DNA of 64,000 nt from Schizochytrium sp. TIO01 (taxonomy: Eukaryota > Protista > Bigyra: Labyrinthulomycetes). Numbering within the stretch: position 1 is the first letter of the stretch; each line of letters opens with the position of its first letter. The notes beneath the pieces are model-generated. The model made no database searches. It was not told where the DNA came from and saw only the letters and a list, made by a program, of their open reading frames with translations. Location: contig SMSO01000034.1 of the NCBI GenBank assembly GCA_004764695.1, forward strand, positions 3,162,001-3,226,000, given 5' to 3'. The position numbers and the translations under genes are program-made. Shown one piece after another: positions 12,287 through 23,946 of this stretch.

Positions 12287-14551
12287 ATGTTACACGCACT
12301 CGGAGACTGGTGGTCATCATCAGGCTCATCACAACGTAGTCGTGGCTCGCTACGGAGACGCAGTAAGCGACGCAGTAAACGTGAGAGCTTAGCACAACAG
12401 TTTGTTCCCGGTGTAAGAATCAAATTGGATCGTGCAGAGTATCTCAGTCCTGCAGATAACAATGGACTCGCGGACCCATACGTGCTGTTTCGCATTGGCA
12501 AGCTCAGCAAACACAAGACTTCAGTCGTCAAGAAAACATTGGAGCCAACATGGCTCGAGGAGTTTTTTCTCCCTTGTCCTGAGTTCACCTCGGTTCCTCT
12601 GGACATTGAGGTCCGTGACAAAGACTCGATTTCATCCGATGTGCTGGGCAAAGCTACAATAGATATTTCGATGCTTGCCATGGGCGATGATCCTGAAGAG
12701 TTGCAAGTGGATCTCTCAAACGACGGCAAGCCTTCTGGGCAATTATACATGAGCATTGTGCGGGATGAAGAGCATATAGACTTTGTTCGCGACAAAGAAA
12801 AAGTTCGCCAATGGGCAATTCCGAAAGGCGAACGTATGGTTGTGGTGGAACTAATTGAGGCCCGTGAACTCCTTGCCGGGGACACAAATGGTTTGAGTGA
12901 CCCATACTGTATCCTTCGTCTCAATAAGATCAAACATACCAGTCGCTATATCAAACGAACGCTGACTCCCAAATGGCGTCAGCGCTTTGAGTTTCCTTTA
13001 CAGGAAGGCGAGGACCCTACATTGTATATCAAAGTCATGGATCGTGACTTTCTTCGTCGTGATGACTTTTTGGGCTCCTTTGAGGTGAATTTGGATGATC
13101 TTCAACCGAAAATCGTGAACGATCGCTGGTTCGATGTGTATCATGAGGGAGATGCAGCTGGCCATGTCCATATGCTTGTAACTGTCATTGACCTCGACTC
13201 GCTCGAGTTGACTCGCGAGCAACGTGAAGAAATGGTTGGCAGCGTGCGAGTACATTGTGTCAAAGCACGAAACCTTCGTAGCGCTGATATGAATGGTCGC
13301 TCCGACCCTTACGTCGAGTTAAGTTTGGGAAATGCTCGGTTGCGAACACCTGTCATACACAAGAACTTAAATCCTGTTTGGGATACAGTTCTTGAACTAC
13401 CCGCCAAAGACATTTTTGCCAGCCTTCATGTTGATGTTTGGGATGAGGATCGTGGATCGAGACCGGACCATTTAGGCTCAGTCTTAATCCCGCTGTTGGA
13501 TATTCACAATGGTCAAACGGAATGGTTTGCGCTGAAAACTCCAGACCTACTACGGAAAGGTCAGGGTGAGATACAGCTCGCAATGCAGCTTGAGTATAAG
13601 ATACCACATGCTTATTTGGGAATCATCAGACGCAAAGATGTAAATCTTATGGAGAAACGACCTCCTTTTAGTGTTCGCCGTCTTCGAAATGCAATCAATC
13701 GTCTCAATGCAAACGTGATGCCTCTAGTTGATGGCGTTCAATTCTTGATCAATATTTTTTTCTGGAAATATGGTCCAATTCCAAGTCTTATCGGGGTGGT
13801 CGTTTGGTGTATTGTGTGCACGTACTTTCGCCCCTTCATGGCTCCAGGCGGAATTGCCCTCTTGATCCTCGCTCAGCTCTTTGTTAATTACCAGGGTTCT
13901 GAGGTCATCGTAGACGAGCGTGGTCTAGTTCTCACGCGCTTCGATGACCGTGGGTTTGCTACATCACATAAGACAGATCGCTTGATTATGAACAATTTCG
14001 ACAATGTTGACCTGGATGATAATCTTGAAGACGGCGACCTAGGCTCAGATCTCGATTCCCTTGCTGGGTCAGACGATGAAGGTGAAAATGCAATAGCAGG
14101 ATCAGCTCCCAAATCACACGCCAAAGTTAAAAAGCCAGGTAGAAAGGGAGTTTTGGCGCAGGTACACATGCTCACAAGTATTGCGCGTGAAGTACAAGGC
14201 TATTTAGATTTCACCGCATCTTTGCTGGAACGCATCAAGAATCTGTTTAACTGGTCCGTTCCCTTAGCGACTGAAATCGTTTTCTTCTTCTTTGCAATTC
14301 TCTCTGTCTTAATTTACTTCGTGGCTTGGAACAAGCTTCTCATGTACTGGGGACTTTGGAAATTTACCAAGAACGCCTACCTTAAATACATTCGTCCACG
14401 CTCCAAGTTTCACATCCCCATTATAGAGGGTATTGAGCTTCTCAAACGAATTCCTACAGATCTTGAAAAGGTCATGCGGCGTCGCATTATTACAGAAGAC
14501 ATGACCCTAAAACGCTCTCATCGTCTGCTTGCTGGCTTTGGGCGTGCGTAG
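12287..14551 (+). CDS. MCTP: Multiple C2 domain and transmembrane region protein (MCTP family)
   Basis: Three C2 domains (ADNNGLADPYV, GDTNGLSDPYC, ADMNGRSDPYV) followed by TM segments and a PRT_C-like LLERIKNLFNWSVP motif. Confidence 0.93.
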   Translation: MLHALGDWWSSSGSSQRSRGSLRRRSKRRSKRESLAQQFVPGVRIKLDRAEYLSPADNNGLADPYVLFRIGKLSKHKTSVVKKTLEPTWLEEFFLPCPEFTSVPLDIEVRDKDSISSDVLGKATIDISMLAMGDDPEELQVDLSNDGKPSGQLYMSIVRDEEHIDFVRDKEKVRQWAIPKGERMVVVELIEARELLAGDTNGLSDPYCILRLNKIKHTSRYIKRTLTPKWRQRFEFPLQEGEDPTLYIKVMDRDFLRRDDFLGSFEVNLDDLQPKIVNDRWFDVYHEGDAAGHVHMLVTVIDLDSLELTREQREEMVGSVRVHCVKARNLRSADMNGRSDPYVELSLGNARLRTPVIHKNLNPVWDTVLELPAKDIFASLHVDVWDEDRGSRPDHLGSVLIPLLDIHNGQTEWFALKTPDLLRKGQGEIQLAMQLEYKIPHAYLGIIRRKDVNLMEKRPPFSVRRLRNAINRLNANVMPLVDGVQFLINIFFWKYGPIPSLIGVVVWCIVCTYFRPFMAPGGIALLILAQLFVNYQGSEVIVDERGLVLTRFDDRGFATSHKTDRLIMNNFDNVDLDDNLEDGDLGSDLDSLAGSDDEGENAIAGSAPKSHAKVKKPGRKGVLAQVHMLTSIAREVQGYLDFTASLLERIKNLFNWSVPLATEIVFFFFAILSVLIYFVAWNKLLMYWGLWKFTKNAYLKYIRPRSKFHIPIIEGIELLKRIPTDLEKVMRRRIITEDMTLKRSHRLLAGFGRA

Positions 14552-16699
14552 TCCTTGTCTACATATTTTATATATAATTTCACGGCATGATGCTGTACTA
14601 CTACTACCACTATTTTTTGATTTAGCTCTTCGACCTTGGTTGAAAGGAACCTTGCCCTGTATCCGCTGATGCGCTACCTCTAGATCTTGCGAGCAATCTT
14701 GTGTGTTCTTCATTCTGCGCCGTTCCTGTGCAAGAACTCCGGCACATTGAACCTCCGCTAGCTTCTAAAGTTTTCAGAGTGCAAGCGTATCTTTATGGAG
14801 CTGCCCACATGTTTTTGCTTACTCTTTTTTGGAGCATAATCTACGCACGAGAGTTTTCCAGCGTGAAGGTGAGTTTCTGTCATGACCCGTTTCACTTTTA
14901 TTTTATTTTTATGGTTGGTAATCGAGCCCATGCTTTTGTAAAAAACAATCAAAACAAAAAACATGTCACAGATGCAATTTTTTAAATAAAATGCCAAATG
15001 TGCAGAACGCGTCCGCCTCTGCGAAAGCTCTCGGACCTTCGGCTGTCGTCCATATACTGTGTCTTTCGTCTAATCTAGCACTACAACAAATACTGCATCT
15101 TGGAATCGATTCTGACGTCCCAACTCGAAGTTCTGCACTCTCACAGCCCTTGGAAACACCGCATGCACCGGCAGAACAGACAGAAACACCACGATCACAT
15201 CTGCCTGCCTGCCCGCCTGCCTGCATACGTGTGATGACTCCGCGCGAACTCGAAGATCGCAAGCTCCACGCCGTACACGTGTGTGCCCTTGTAAACGTGT
15301 GAGGGTGTGTGCAGCAAGCCAGCGACTCGACTCGGCAACTCTCAAGCTCAGCGACACCGTGACAGTGGCCCACCCGCCAAAACCCAGACCCAGAGCAGCA
15401 GCAGCACCTGCACGTGTGTGCACTCGCCCTTCCTTCCAAGCTTCGGCAAGTTTTCGACGACTCTCAAGACTTCTCCGTCGCCGTCTCGTGTAGCTCCACG
15501 TCGAAGGCCAAGTGCCGAGTAGCGCCACCTTCATCTATTCCCATAACCAAGCGCATTACATTAAGGAGAACTGCTTGGGCTCTCGCAGCGAGCGAACTTG
15601 AGGTTTCAGGGGCGCCTCGAGACCCCTCGGCAGGCAAGCCGGACGCTGGCAGCCGGAGAGTTCGTGGCGATCACTCCAGCTCGTGGAGTCGAAGCCTTGA
15701 ATGAATAAAACTTGAACGAAGAGCACCCATCGTAGCTGGATTTTGGGAGGAGATCAGATCACCGTTACTCGTCATTCGTTCGTCACTTACGAGACCATGA
15801 ATGGACGACACAAACAGACAAAGGGAGAAAGAAATAAAGAAACCTTGGAGGGAGCGATTGCTAGCGCCGGCCTCCAAGCTGAGCAACCTGCTTCGCGATA
15901 AGATTTGGCACCCAGCCGCTGCTGTTGCGCAGCAACTCAGAAGAGAAGACTCGCAAGCGGCTGAGAATCATAACATAATACATAATTCTGCACGCGCTGA
16001 CGCCTTCCTCCGCGAAGATTTTGGACTCCTTTCTTTCTGCCTCTCTGTTGTTACTTTCGCAGGTCGCATGCAGGCGCAACGCCTGCAGGTCTTGCCGCTC
16101 GCTCGCCCCAAGACCGCAGCTGCGACGAGAGCAGGCAGAGGCTTGCAAATGACAGCGATGAACATTTGATTGTTTATGTGGACGGAGACGAAGTCGCTCC
16201 GGAGCATGATTTGGCGGGTCCCTGGCACGTGGACAATGCGCGTGGGGGCACTAGTAGAGCTATAGTTTGGCGCATTACGTTTGCCCCATTCGAAGGCTCG
16301 AAAGACCGCGCGTGAAAGAGAGTTTTTATATGGTAAGAAAAATTGTAATGTTACTTTTTAAAATGATTTTTTTAAATTAAAAAAAAATTAAATATAACAA
16401 AAGGCATAACGAGGATTCAAAAGAAACCAAGAAGAGAAAAGGAATTGGAAGAAGAAAAGGGAAAACAAAACTAGAATACAACAACAGCGATTTACAGCAA
16501 CAGCCAAGTTTGAAGGATCTAGAACATCAACAAACCAGCAAGCGATCTCTCGAGGGTTGAAGAGAGGTCGAGTCGAGCAGACTGCGAAGCCCTGGCCATA
16601 TCGGCGGCGACAACGACCAAAGACGAGAGGGATCTCTCTCTTTCGCTGGTGTCTGAGCTAACTTCTTGGGAGAAGGGTTTAGGGGCATACAAACAAAAC

Positions 16700-18087
16700 A
16701 TGACGGTGGCCTGCCCTGGTGTTGAGCCGGCGATTGACAACATTCGCGCGGGCTCAGAAAACTTGCTGTAAGTCATCAATTGCCTGTGTAGGTCATAGGG
16801 GCCTGTCATCGATGCGAGTACTAACATCATTCGCAACCATTTGCTGCGTTTGGATTTTCAGTATTTATAACACCAAGTTTTCCGTAGAGGATGTTGAAGC
16901 ACTTGCTCAGGAAATCATTGAAGCAGACACCTTAAAAAGCTTCACGTGAGTACATTTTCGACATTCTATGACATCATGAGGATAAATCACAGGGAACTAA
17001 CCCTGGATTCTTTTGAGTTGCGTACGTTCTATTCACAGGCTCGTGGAGGGAAGTATCCCAGATGAAGCCCTCGAAATCCTTGGAGAAGCTTTTGGACAAA
17101 ATCAAACCTTAGAAAGCATCGAGTAAGTTTAGAAAGAACACAGAATAAAGTTTCGTGAACGCTTGGATTTCTGACTCGTGATTACTCTGGAGGTTACAGA
17201 TTGGAATGCGGAATGTCAGACGACGGAGCACACGCTTTTGCTCCTGGTCTATCGCAAAGTACGACCATTAAGTCAGTGCGGTAAGTATACGTTTGAACCA
17301 CAACGAGAAATCTCAAAACCCTAACCTTGGTTTTGCTTGGATTGGTGTCAGACTTTGGAAAAATAAAATCAGTGCCGAAGGCACAAGCGCGCTTGCAAGT
17401 GCATTGCGAGAGAATGAGATCCTGAACACTCTTGAGTAAGTTTTATTTGTATGTGCATATGGTGCTGCGTTGGAGACACGTTTTCTGACTGTCATTTTTA
17501 TTTATTTTAATAGTCTCTCGTGTAATAACATAGGCGATGAAGGCATTTGCGTCTTGGCCGAAGCTTTTGCCGAAAATCAAAGCTTGACTTACCTAAATAT
17601 TGGGCGAAACAATTTTGGCGATTTGGGCGCCCAGGCTTTGGCTGAAAAGCTCGAAATTAATCCAGTTATGGTAAAGCTTGATATGTATGGTAATGATATT
17701 GGAGATGAGGGTGTTATGGCTCTGGCAAACACTCTTCGAGTTTGTCCAATGACGAAACTTGATTTGGCAAACAATAGCTTCAGCGATGAAGCCGTGAAGG
17801 CCCTCGCCGAGGTGATTGAAGGCCATGAAACATTATCCCATTTGGACTTATCGGAGAACTCAATTGGTGACGAAGGCGTCGAAGCGCTTGCAATGGCACT
17901 CGAAAATAATGTCTCTCTTCGAATTCTCAATCTAAGGTGCAACAAAGTTGGCAATGACGGAGCAAGGGCAATGGTGAACGCGCTGACCAAAAATGCTTCA
18001 CTGACAAGCATCAATCTGCATGCCAATGAAATTGAAGATAGAATACTGTTGGAACAAATTCGTGAATTCCTCCGTCGCAATATTTAG
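16700..18087 (+). CDS. RNI-like/NLRC3-like leucine-rich repeat protein, 6 exons, 324 aa
   Basis: Exons 16700-16767, 16862-16945, 17039-17122, 17200-17280, 17352-17435 and 17514-18087. All introns are GTRAGT..AG with CTRAC-like branch sites. Splicing gives one open frame of 28-aa LxLxxNxIGDEGxxALAxAL repeats. Confidence 0.9.
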
Positions 18088-18640
18088 TTGAGCTTTGCAT
18101 ATGCCTATAGCCGCCTTTGTAAACCAGGATTCCGTTATGCCATACTACTTCTTTAAAAATCTGGTTTGTTAGGCCGTATTGAACAAAATCTACTAAACAT
18201 AATTTTAAAACAGCAAAGATTCCTGTCTCTATATTGCATTTTATCGAGCTGCGACACCCACACTTGCCAAGCTACATGGTTCGAGCGCAATGTCATGACA
18301 TATTCTACTACATTTAAACTTGATACCTAGAAGTTATGTTTCTAGGTTGTAAAAATGAGCAGGTATTTTTCAATCAATTCTCAAGGGGTTATTTTTTTAA
18401 TATTTTTTTAATGAAATTCTGAGCAATTTTGCTTTTTTTAAATCTTCAAAAGCATGTTAGCAGATTCCTTCTTTACGATTCAAGGAAAGCGAAAGTCCAA
18501 ACCCAAATCGCTACGAGACGATCAGATAGTTAGGAACGCAGGGAGCACGGGGTAACAGACCTTCAGGTAAAGCACGCTCTGCGTGTTTGGAGGAGAACAG
18601 GGATCAAGGCAATATAGTTCGTTGTTTGTTAGCCACTGCG

Positions 18641-19670
18641 ATGAGTGAGGTAATTGACAAGGCCATCGAGCGTGCTAGCCGTGCTCAACAACTTGCAGAC
18701 GAGGCACAGTGGCAAGAAGCTTCAGAGCTATATGCTAGAGCTGCTCAGGACTTAAGGACGCTCCTGAGGTCCAATAAGATAAAAGATGACCGCAGTCGCG
18801 CTTTTTTGGGTTCACAATGCGATGATTTCCAGCGTCAGGCAGATATCACTGGCAAAAAAGCACAGGCAAAACGCGAACGGGACCTCATTGCGCGAGCTCG
18901 CCAGCTTCGTGGGCTTCAGGCAAAACCAAAGTCTGATGCAGAGCTGAATCGTGAGACCAATGACTTGCGATCTCGTTTTGCTAAATTGCAGGGGCCCAGC
19001 AAACCTGCTGCGTCCCTTGATGAGCTACAGGCTCGCCTGGAAGCGCTTGGACCTTCACAATTTCCTGATAAAGCAAGCGGGAGTTCTCAGACAGCATCTG
19101 AAGAAAGTGAAGATCCTCGAGTGAAAGAAGCTCTCGAGCGTGCACGTGCTGAGGATAGATCAGGGTATGGAATCTCGGGCGACATGCCAGCGGACATCGA
19201 CCCAGATCTAGGTATGCTTTTGCACGAGCTCGACAGCAATGAAAATGTTACTGACGAAGCGCTGCAGGCCCTTCTCGGGGCTGTCGGTGTGTCAAGTATT
19301 GCAACAACGTCCGCAGAGGCAGATATAGGCATGCCACTAAACTCTTCCAAAACGAAGACATCGTCTTCATCGCGCAGAGTTGAGGATGATGAGGTTGAAG
19401 CACTCATTCCGCCAAGCACGCGATTTTGCTCGTTTTGGAGGCGGCGTTGAAGAAAGTTCACAAACTCTGGATCAAGAGAAGGATCACAAATCCCGCAACA
19501 AGAAGAAGCATGGTCACGATAGCGAGGATGATGAAAGCTACACTGAGAGTAGTAGCGAAAGCGATGACAGCGATGAGTCTGATGATGACGACGCAGCTCG
19601 AAAGGGGAAGAAGTCCAAGAAGAAGAGCAAGTCTCAAGAAAAGAGCGGTCGGCGCTGGGGCCTCTTTTGA
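18641..19670 (+). CDS. MIT-domain protein with MIM1-like motifs and acidic/basic tail; +1 frameshift at about 19409
   Basis: N-terminal three-helix MIT-like region (IDKAIERASRAQQLADEAQWQEASELY), plus LRSRFAKL and LDELQARLEAL. Removing one C from ATTCCGC joins EVEALI to RQARDFARF and runs to the stop at 19670. Confidence 0.75.
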
Positions 19671-19915
19671 AATTTGCATGATATTACATAGACCTTGTCA
19701 ATCCCCCTTTTATGGATTAGACGGGGGGAATTTCTATGCATCATCATGAACAAAAGTTCGTTGTATTTGAAGACCTATATGTAAAAAGATTACGATTATC
19801 TCTATGTATGTGTGTATGTATCGCTTTAATTTTTTCTTCTTAGCTTTTAATTTTAAAAACATATCAACGCTATTATCGAGGTGCTTTATCCATGAGACCA
19901 TCGCATTCATTAACA

Positions 19916-21139
19916 TCATACAAGCCAAACTGAGGTGCCTCCATTATTATCCCGGCGCAACATCACACGATTCTCCTCATCAAGAGCCTTAAGTCGAACC
20001 TCAAATTCCTCAGGCGTAAATATTGTATTTTCACAATTGCTTTGATTCACGAGATCAAGGAGATCTGCAGCATCCATCATTTCTGCTTGGCGAATGCGAA
20101 ATAGGCGAGCTACAAGCTGGCGAAAACTCTGTTGTCGAGCTCGTTCAGCTGCAGAAGCCTTCTGTGTAGTGAGAATACTTTCCGTAGATGCTGTGGCAGG
20201 AGAGCTCGATTGCGTGCGCGAGTACTCAGGAGGAGATGTTGCGCTTCTTTCTGCACAACGGGGCTCTGGACTCTGTTTCGCTCGCTTGACCTGCCTCACA
20301 TTCGTAGCATCGCGAGGACGACGTTTACCAGCAGAACGTGGTTCATCTTCACCCGGCCGCAAGGGTAAAGGTGCAGTGTGATGCAAGCGGAGCGGACTCT
20401 GCTGTCCCTCCTCCTCCTGCTGCTGCTGCTGATGTCCTGGTGAATTGAGTTGTGAAGAAGAGTTCATGCTAGATGACGAGCCAGCTTCAGCAGTAGCAAC
20501 ACCAGGAATCTGTTCATCATGTTTTGCTGGTGAATTTGCAACACCCTCATCCATTTCCATGTCTTCATCACTGTCATTACTATCACTTTCATCATTGCTC
20601 ATGTTCTTGGCTTGCTGCTGTTTTTTCTTCTGTTGCTGCTGTCTCCTCTGCTGCTTTTGTGTTGTCCTCTTTTGCTTATTCTGCTGCTGCTTCAATTGTT
20701 GCTGCTTTTGTTGATCCTGCTCAGGGTCCTCGTCTTCATCCTCCTCCATAGGCTGCGCAAGGCGGATAGTTTTATTGAAATTGGAGATGAGAGAATCCTC
20801 ATCTGCATCAAGGCCACCCTGAAGAGGTGCCATCATAGTGGGAGGAGCAGAGGCTCTGCGCATGGAGCGACGTTCGCGGAGAGCCTGGGAAGTGTCCTGA
20901 TCATGTTTGGATACCCATTTCAGCTCCAGGTTGGACTCTTTGCCACCAAGAACATACTTGACATCAATAAGAGACCCGTCCTGGTGAAGAGCAGTAACTC
21001 TGGCTACGCCACCATGCTTGTTCATGCCAGGGAATGTGCGTGGAGCCACCAGCACGAGGTCTCCTACGGTGAAATTCTTATCTCCCTCGCTTTCTTCATC
21101 CTGCTTCGTTTCTTCAGACTTCATCTTGCCTCCAGCCAT
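19916..21139 (-). CDS. Tudor/KOW-like N-domain, polyQ/acidic linker and MCM3-like C-terminal winged helix
   Basis: 407 aa. N-terminus VGDLVLVAPRTFPGMNKHGGVARVT..DVKYVLGGKE. C-terminus RQQSFRQLVARLF..LLDLVNQ..FTPEEFEVRLKALDEENRVML..VWLV. Confidence 0.82.
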   Translation of the reverse strand: MAGGKMKSEETKQDEESEGDKNFTVGDLVLVAPRTFPGMNKHGGVARVTALHQDGSLIDVKYVLGGKESNLELKWVSKHDQDTSQALRERRSMRRASAPPTMMAPLQGGLDADEDSLISNFNKTIRLAQPMEEDEDEDPEQDQQKQQQLKQQQNKQKRTTQKQQRRQQQQKKKQQQAKNMSNDESDSNDSDEDMEMDEGVANSPAKHDEQIPGVATAEAGSSSSMNSSSQLNSPGHQQQQQEEEGQQSPLRLHHTAPLPLRPGEDEPRSAGKRRPRDATNVRQVKRAKQSPEPRCAERSATSPPEYSRTQSSSPATASTESILTTQKASAAERARQQSFRQLVARLFRIRQAEMMDAADLLDLVNQSNCENTIFTPEEFEVRLKALDEENRVMLRRDNNGGTSVWLV

Positions 21140-22527
21140 GATGGTGTCTTCTGGCTTGAGCAGGCAGCCCTTGGGCGCGCCAAGTACCGAACTCCGGCGT
21201 GTAGACCTCGTCTTGCCCAGAATGTATCAACACTGAGCTCGCGACAATCCTTTTCAAAATGTGTGTTATCTAGTGTAGATCTAGCGCTTTTGAACTTTCC
21301 TTCGTGAGTATATTGGTTGTCTCAACTTCGGCGCTCTGCGAAATTTTTGTCAGTTTTTGCAGAACGTCTTATGTTTCGGTGTTCTGGCACTGATACACTG
21401 ATATATGAGCTGCTAACTTCACCAGACCTGTGGCAGCCTCAGCGATTCTTCTAAACCACAACCTCTTACAATTCGGCCCGATGCAAGTCCTTCTCAGGGT
21501 CGCTCTCACCGAAGGCACAGTTCGTTGTCTGCAGACTGATTATTAGATGATGCCCAATGCGCAAGCAGCTCAGATTGTCTTCTTTACCCAAGAAACTCGG
21601 CAGACCAGAGAAAGTTCCTTCAAACGCACGAAGGGTGAGGCAAGGGGATTCGTGTTCGTAGTCGAGCGTCCGCGGGCCTCGTCGTGGCTTCGCGGAATCG
21701 CTTGTTCGCAGGAGTGGATTGGAGATTGCGGATTGTGGTTTCTCTCGTTTTCTTTTTCTCTGTCACTCATCAATTATTATTATGGAATCAACACAAACAG
21801 ATAAATAAACTCAAACTAACTATCTGTTCCTATACATAGTTAGTTAGTTACCTATTGAAAAGAATCACTTACGCCACTAATGATAATATGGGGTATAAAA
21901 TTCTCAATCAACTTTCCTTCGTTGATTTTTGTACTTTATTTCAAGTGATAATAAAAAAGAAAAAGGAAAAAAAACAAAAACTCTTTGTAGTTAGAACTGT
22001 AAACAGTTTGAGTAGGACTATCATACTTGAAAAAGCAAGTACTTTGGAACGCAGGCGAGAGGGAAAGAACGAAAGAACGGGAGCGTTCACATCGTTCTAA
22101 TTCCACAGCTTGGCTCATGTTTATAAGGACCTCTGCTGGAGAGGATTAAAACGCCATCTAGTATCTCCACTGTACAACTCCTCTTGGATCTCTCTCTTAA
22201 CTCTCACTGAATAAATTTTGTTTGTGATACTCACCACAGCGCCCCTCTTAGAAAATGGACTTACACACAAAACTAGCCGAGGGAAAAAAATGAAACCCCA
22301 TCTAATCAATAGTTGGCTGTGGTAAAGACACGCACGATTCCCTTACAATGATACTGTACGTTCGGGTGGGTTGTGCAGTCTGTATTTGCACATGTGTGAA
22401 TAGCTAATCCCAGGAAAGTTTGCATACTAATACACATATTTGCGACAATCTTTCGTCTTCTTCATCAACAGCGACGAAATCTTGAAGCAAACTGCTTTAG
22501 CTCTATAAAAGACCGGTGCTTCCAGTC

Positions 22528-23946
22528 ATGGCGTGGCCGTTGCGGCCGTCCCGCGGCGCTTTTCACAGCTCGCACTCATCTATACCGCGTCACTTGTCGT
22601 CTCCTGCGCGTTGGCCAACTTCGCTGTCAGCTTTGCGAGCCTCACCTGCGAATCCGTATAGATCCCGTCTCGCTCTCGGAGGTCTTCTTGCACTGCTATT
22701 CATAATTTATATCATTGCTACGAGATGGTGGGCCCAGGCTGCTGCTCTCGCTGCCATTGAGACTGCGCAGGCGGCTGCGTCTTTCCGTCTTATGGGATGC
22801 TCCCTCGAACAGTGCTGCTTTCGACCGTCTGAGCCACACTACAACTTCTTGCAACCTATCTCCAGCGTCCGTGGCAGCTTGAGTCGCCAGAGCGGGTCTC
22901 AGACATCTTCGGCGTCATCTTCCAGATCAGCATCAGCTTCGAAGGCACTTGTTGCTGCGGAACGCCGCCGTCAGCGTCTTGATGCGCTTCTTGCCGCGGA
23001 GCGTTCCGGTTCTGCTGAGGAATTTGGAAATGGTCTCAATGACGAAAGCAATGTTCAGCATCTCGAAGATCTTGAGGGTAATTCAAGGGGCGACAAGTTC
23101 TATTCAATTGTGATCAATACATTCAAGGGCAGGGACGAAAATGTGGCTCGACTTGTCACGTATTATTCATCATGTGAGTATGTTGATAAGGTTGTAGTTT
23201 CGTGGAATGATGTCGGAAGGCCTGTCCCGAGGTTCTTGAAGGATGCTGTAGATGCAACTAATGGGGTGGCAATTGTGGATGAAGAAGTCACGTCAAATCT
23301 GTCAAACAGGTTTTTGCCTAGGAAATCTGTGAGGACAAATGCTATTTTCACATCCGATGATGACATGCAATATAACTGTGAGCTAATGACTGCTGGTTTC
23401 AAGCTGTGGCAGAAAGACCCGGCAACCCTTGTAAGCTTTGCGCCCAGACATATGGAATTGCACCCGCCACCGTTTTGGGCGCTGAGCCGTGGATGCTACT
23501 ACCAGTACTTTTCAGAGAAGGCCTACGCCACAGGAACATATAATACGGCGTTCGTCACCAAGGGAGGTTTTCTTGACAAGGCGTTTTTCACGCTTTTCCA
23601 TGCCGATGAAGAGTTTGCACATGTTCGTGCTGAGGTCGATAACAAGATTACCGGAGAGGATATGCTGATGAGCTTCCTCCACACCCTTTACGCGGGACAG
23701 GGCAAGGTCATTGCAGTTGAGAGCGATTGTTCCAAACTCAAGTGGTTTGAAGAGGCCAACTCACTCGGCGGTTCCACCTCGGGCAATCGCCCGTACATTA
23801 CACATTTGATTTTTGAAACTTTGCAACAGATTGATGTCCCGAGCGCTGTATTTGATCTGGCTGGCCCGAGTTCTCGATGGGGCACAGAGGAAGCCCTGGG
23901 TGAGACCAGAGAGAGGCCGAGTGGAGTATCATGTATCCCTGGCTGA
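22528..23946 (+). CDS. Glycosyltransferase family 64 (exostosin-like, EXTL2/EPC1 type), type II membrane protein
   Basis: TM anchor LALGGLLALLFIIYII, FYSIVINTF, VVVSWN, SNLSNRFLP, DxD motif TSDDD and GEDMLMSF. Confidence 0.9.
   Translation: MAWPLRPSRGAFHSSHSSIPRHLSSPARWPTSLSALRASPANPYRSRLALGGLLALLFIIYIIATRWWAQAAALAAIETAQAAASFRLMGCSLEQCCFRPSEPHYNFLQPISSVRGSLSRQSGSQTSSASSSRSASASKALVAAERRRQRLDALLAAERSGSAEEFGNGLNDESNVQHLEDLEGNSRGDKFYSIVINTFKGRDENVARLVTYYSSCEYVDKVVVSWNDVGRPVPRFLKDAVDATNGVAIVDEEVTSNLSNRFLPRKSVRTNAIFTSDDDMQYNCELMTAGFKLWQKDPATLVSFAPRHMELHPPPFWALSRGCYYQYFSEKAYATGTYNTAFVTKGGFLDKAFFTLFHADEEFAHVRAEVDNKITGEDMLMSFLHTLYAGQGKVIAVESDCSKLKWFEEANSLGGSTSGNRPYITHLIFETLQQIDVPSAVFDLAGPSSRWGTEEALGETRERPSGVSCIPG

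Noticed and set aside
14966-16228. Overlapping 100-157 aa ORFs between MCTP and the LRR gene
   Set aside because: No domain, codon bias or coherent gene model
20612-21307. Long antisense ORFs (also 25745-26377, 59261-60016 and 12205-12933)
   Set aside because: Shadows of real genes on the opposite strand or of low-complexity repeats
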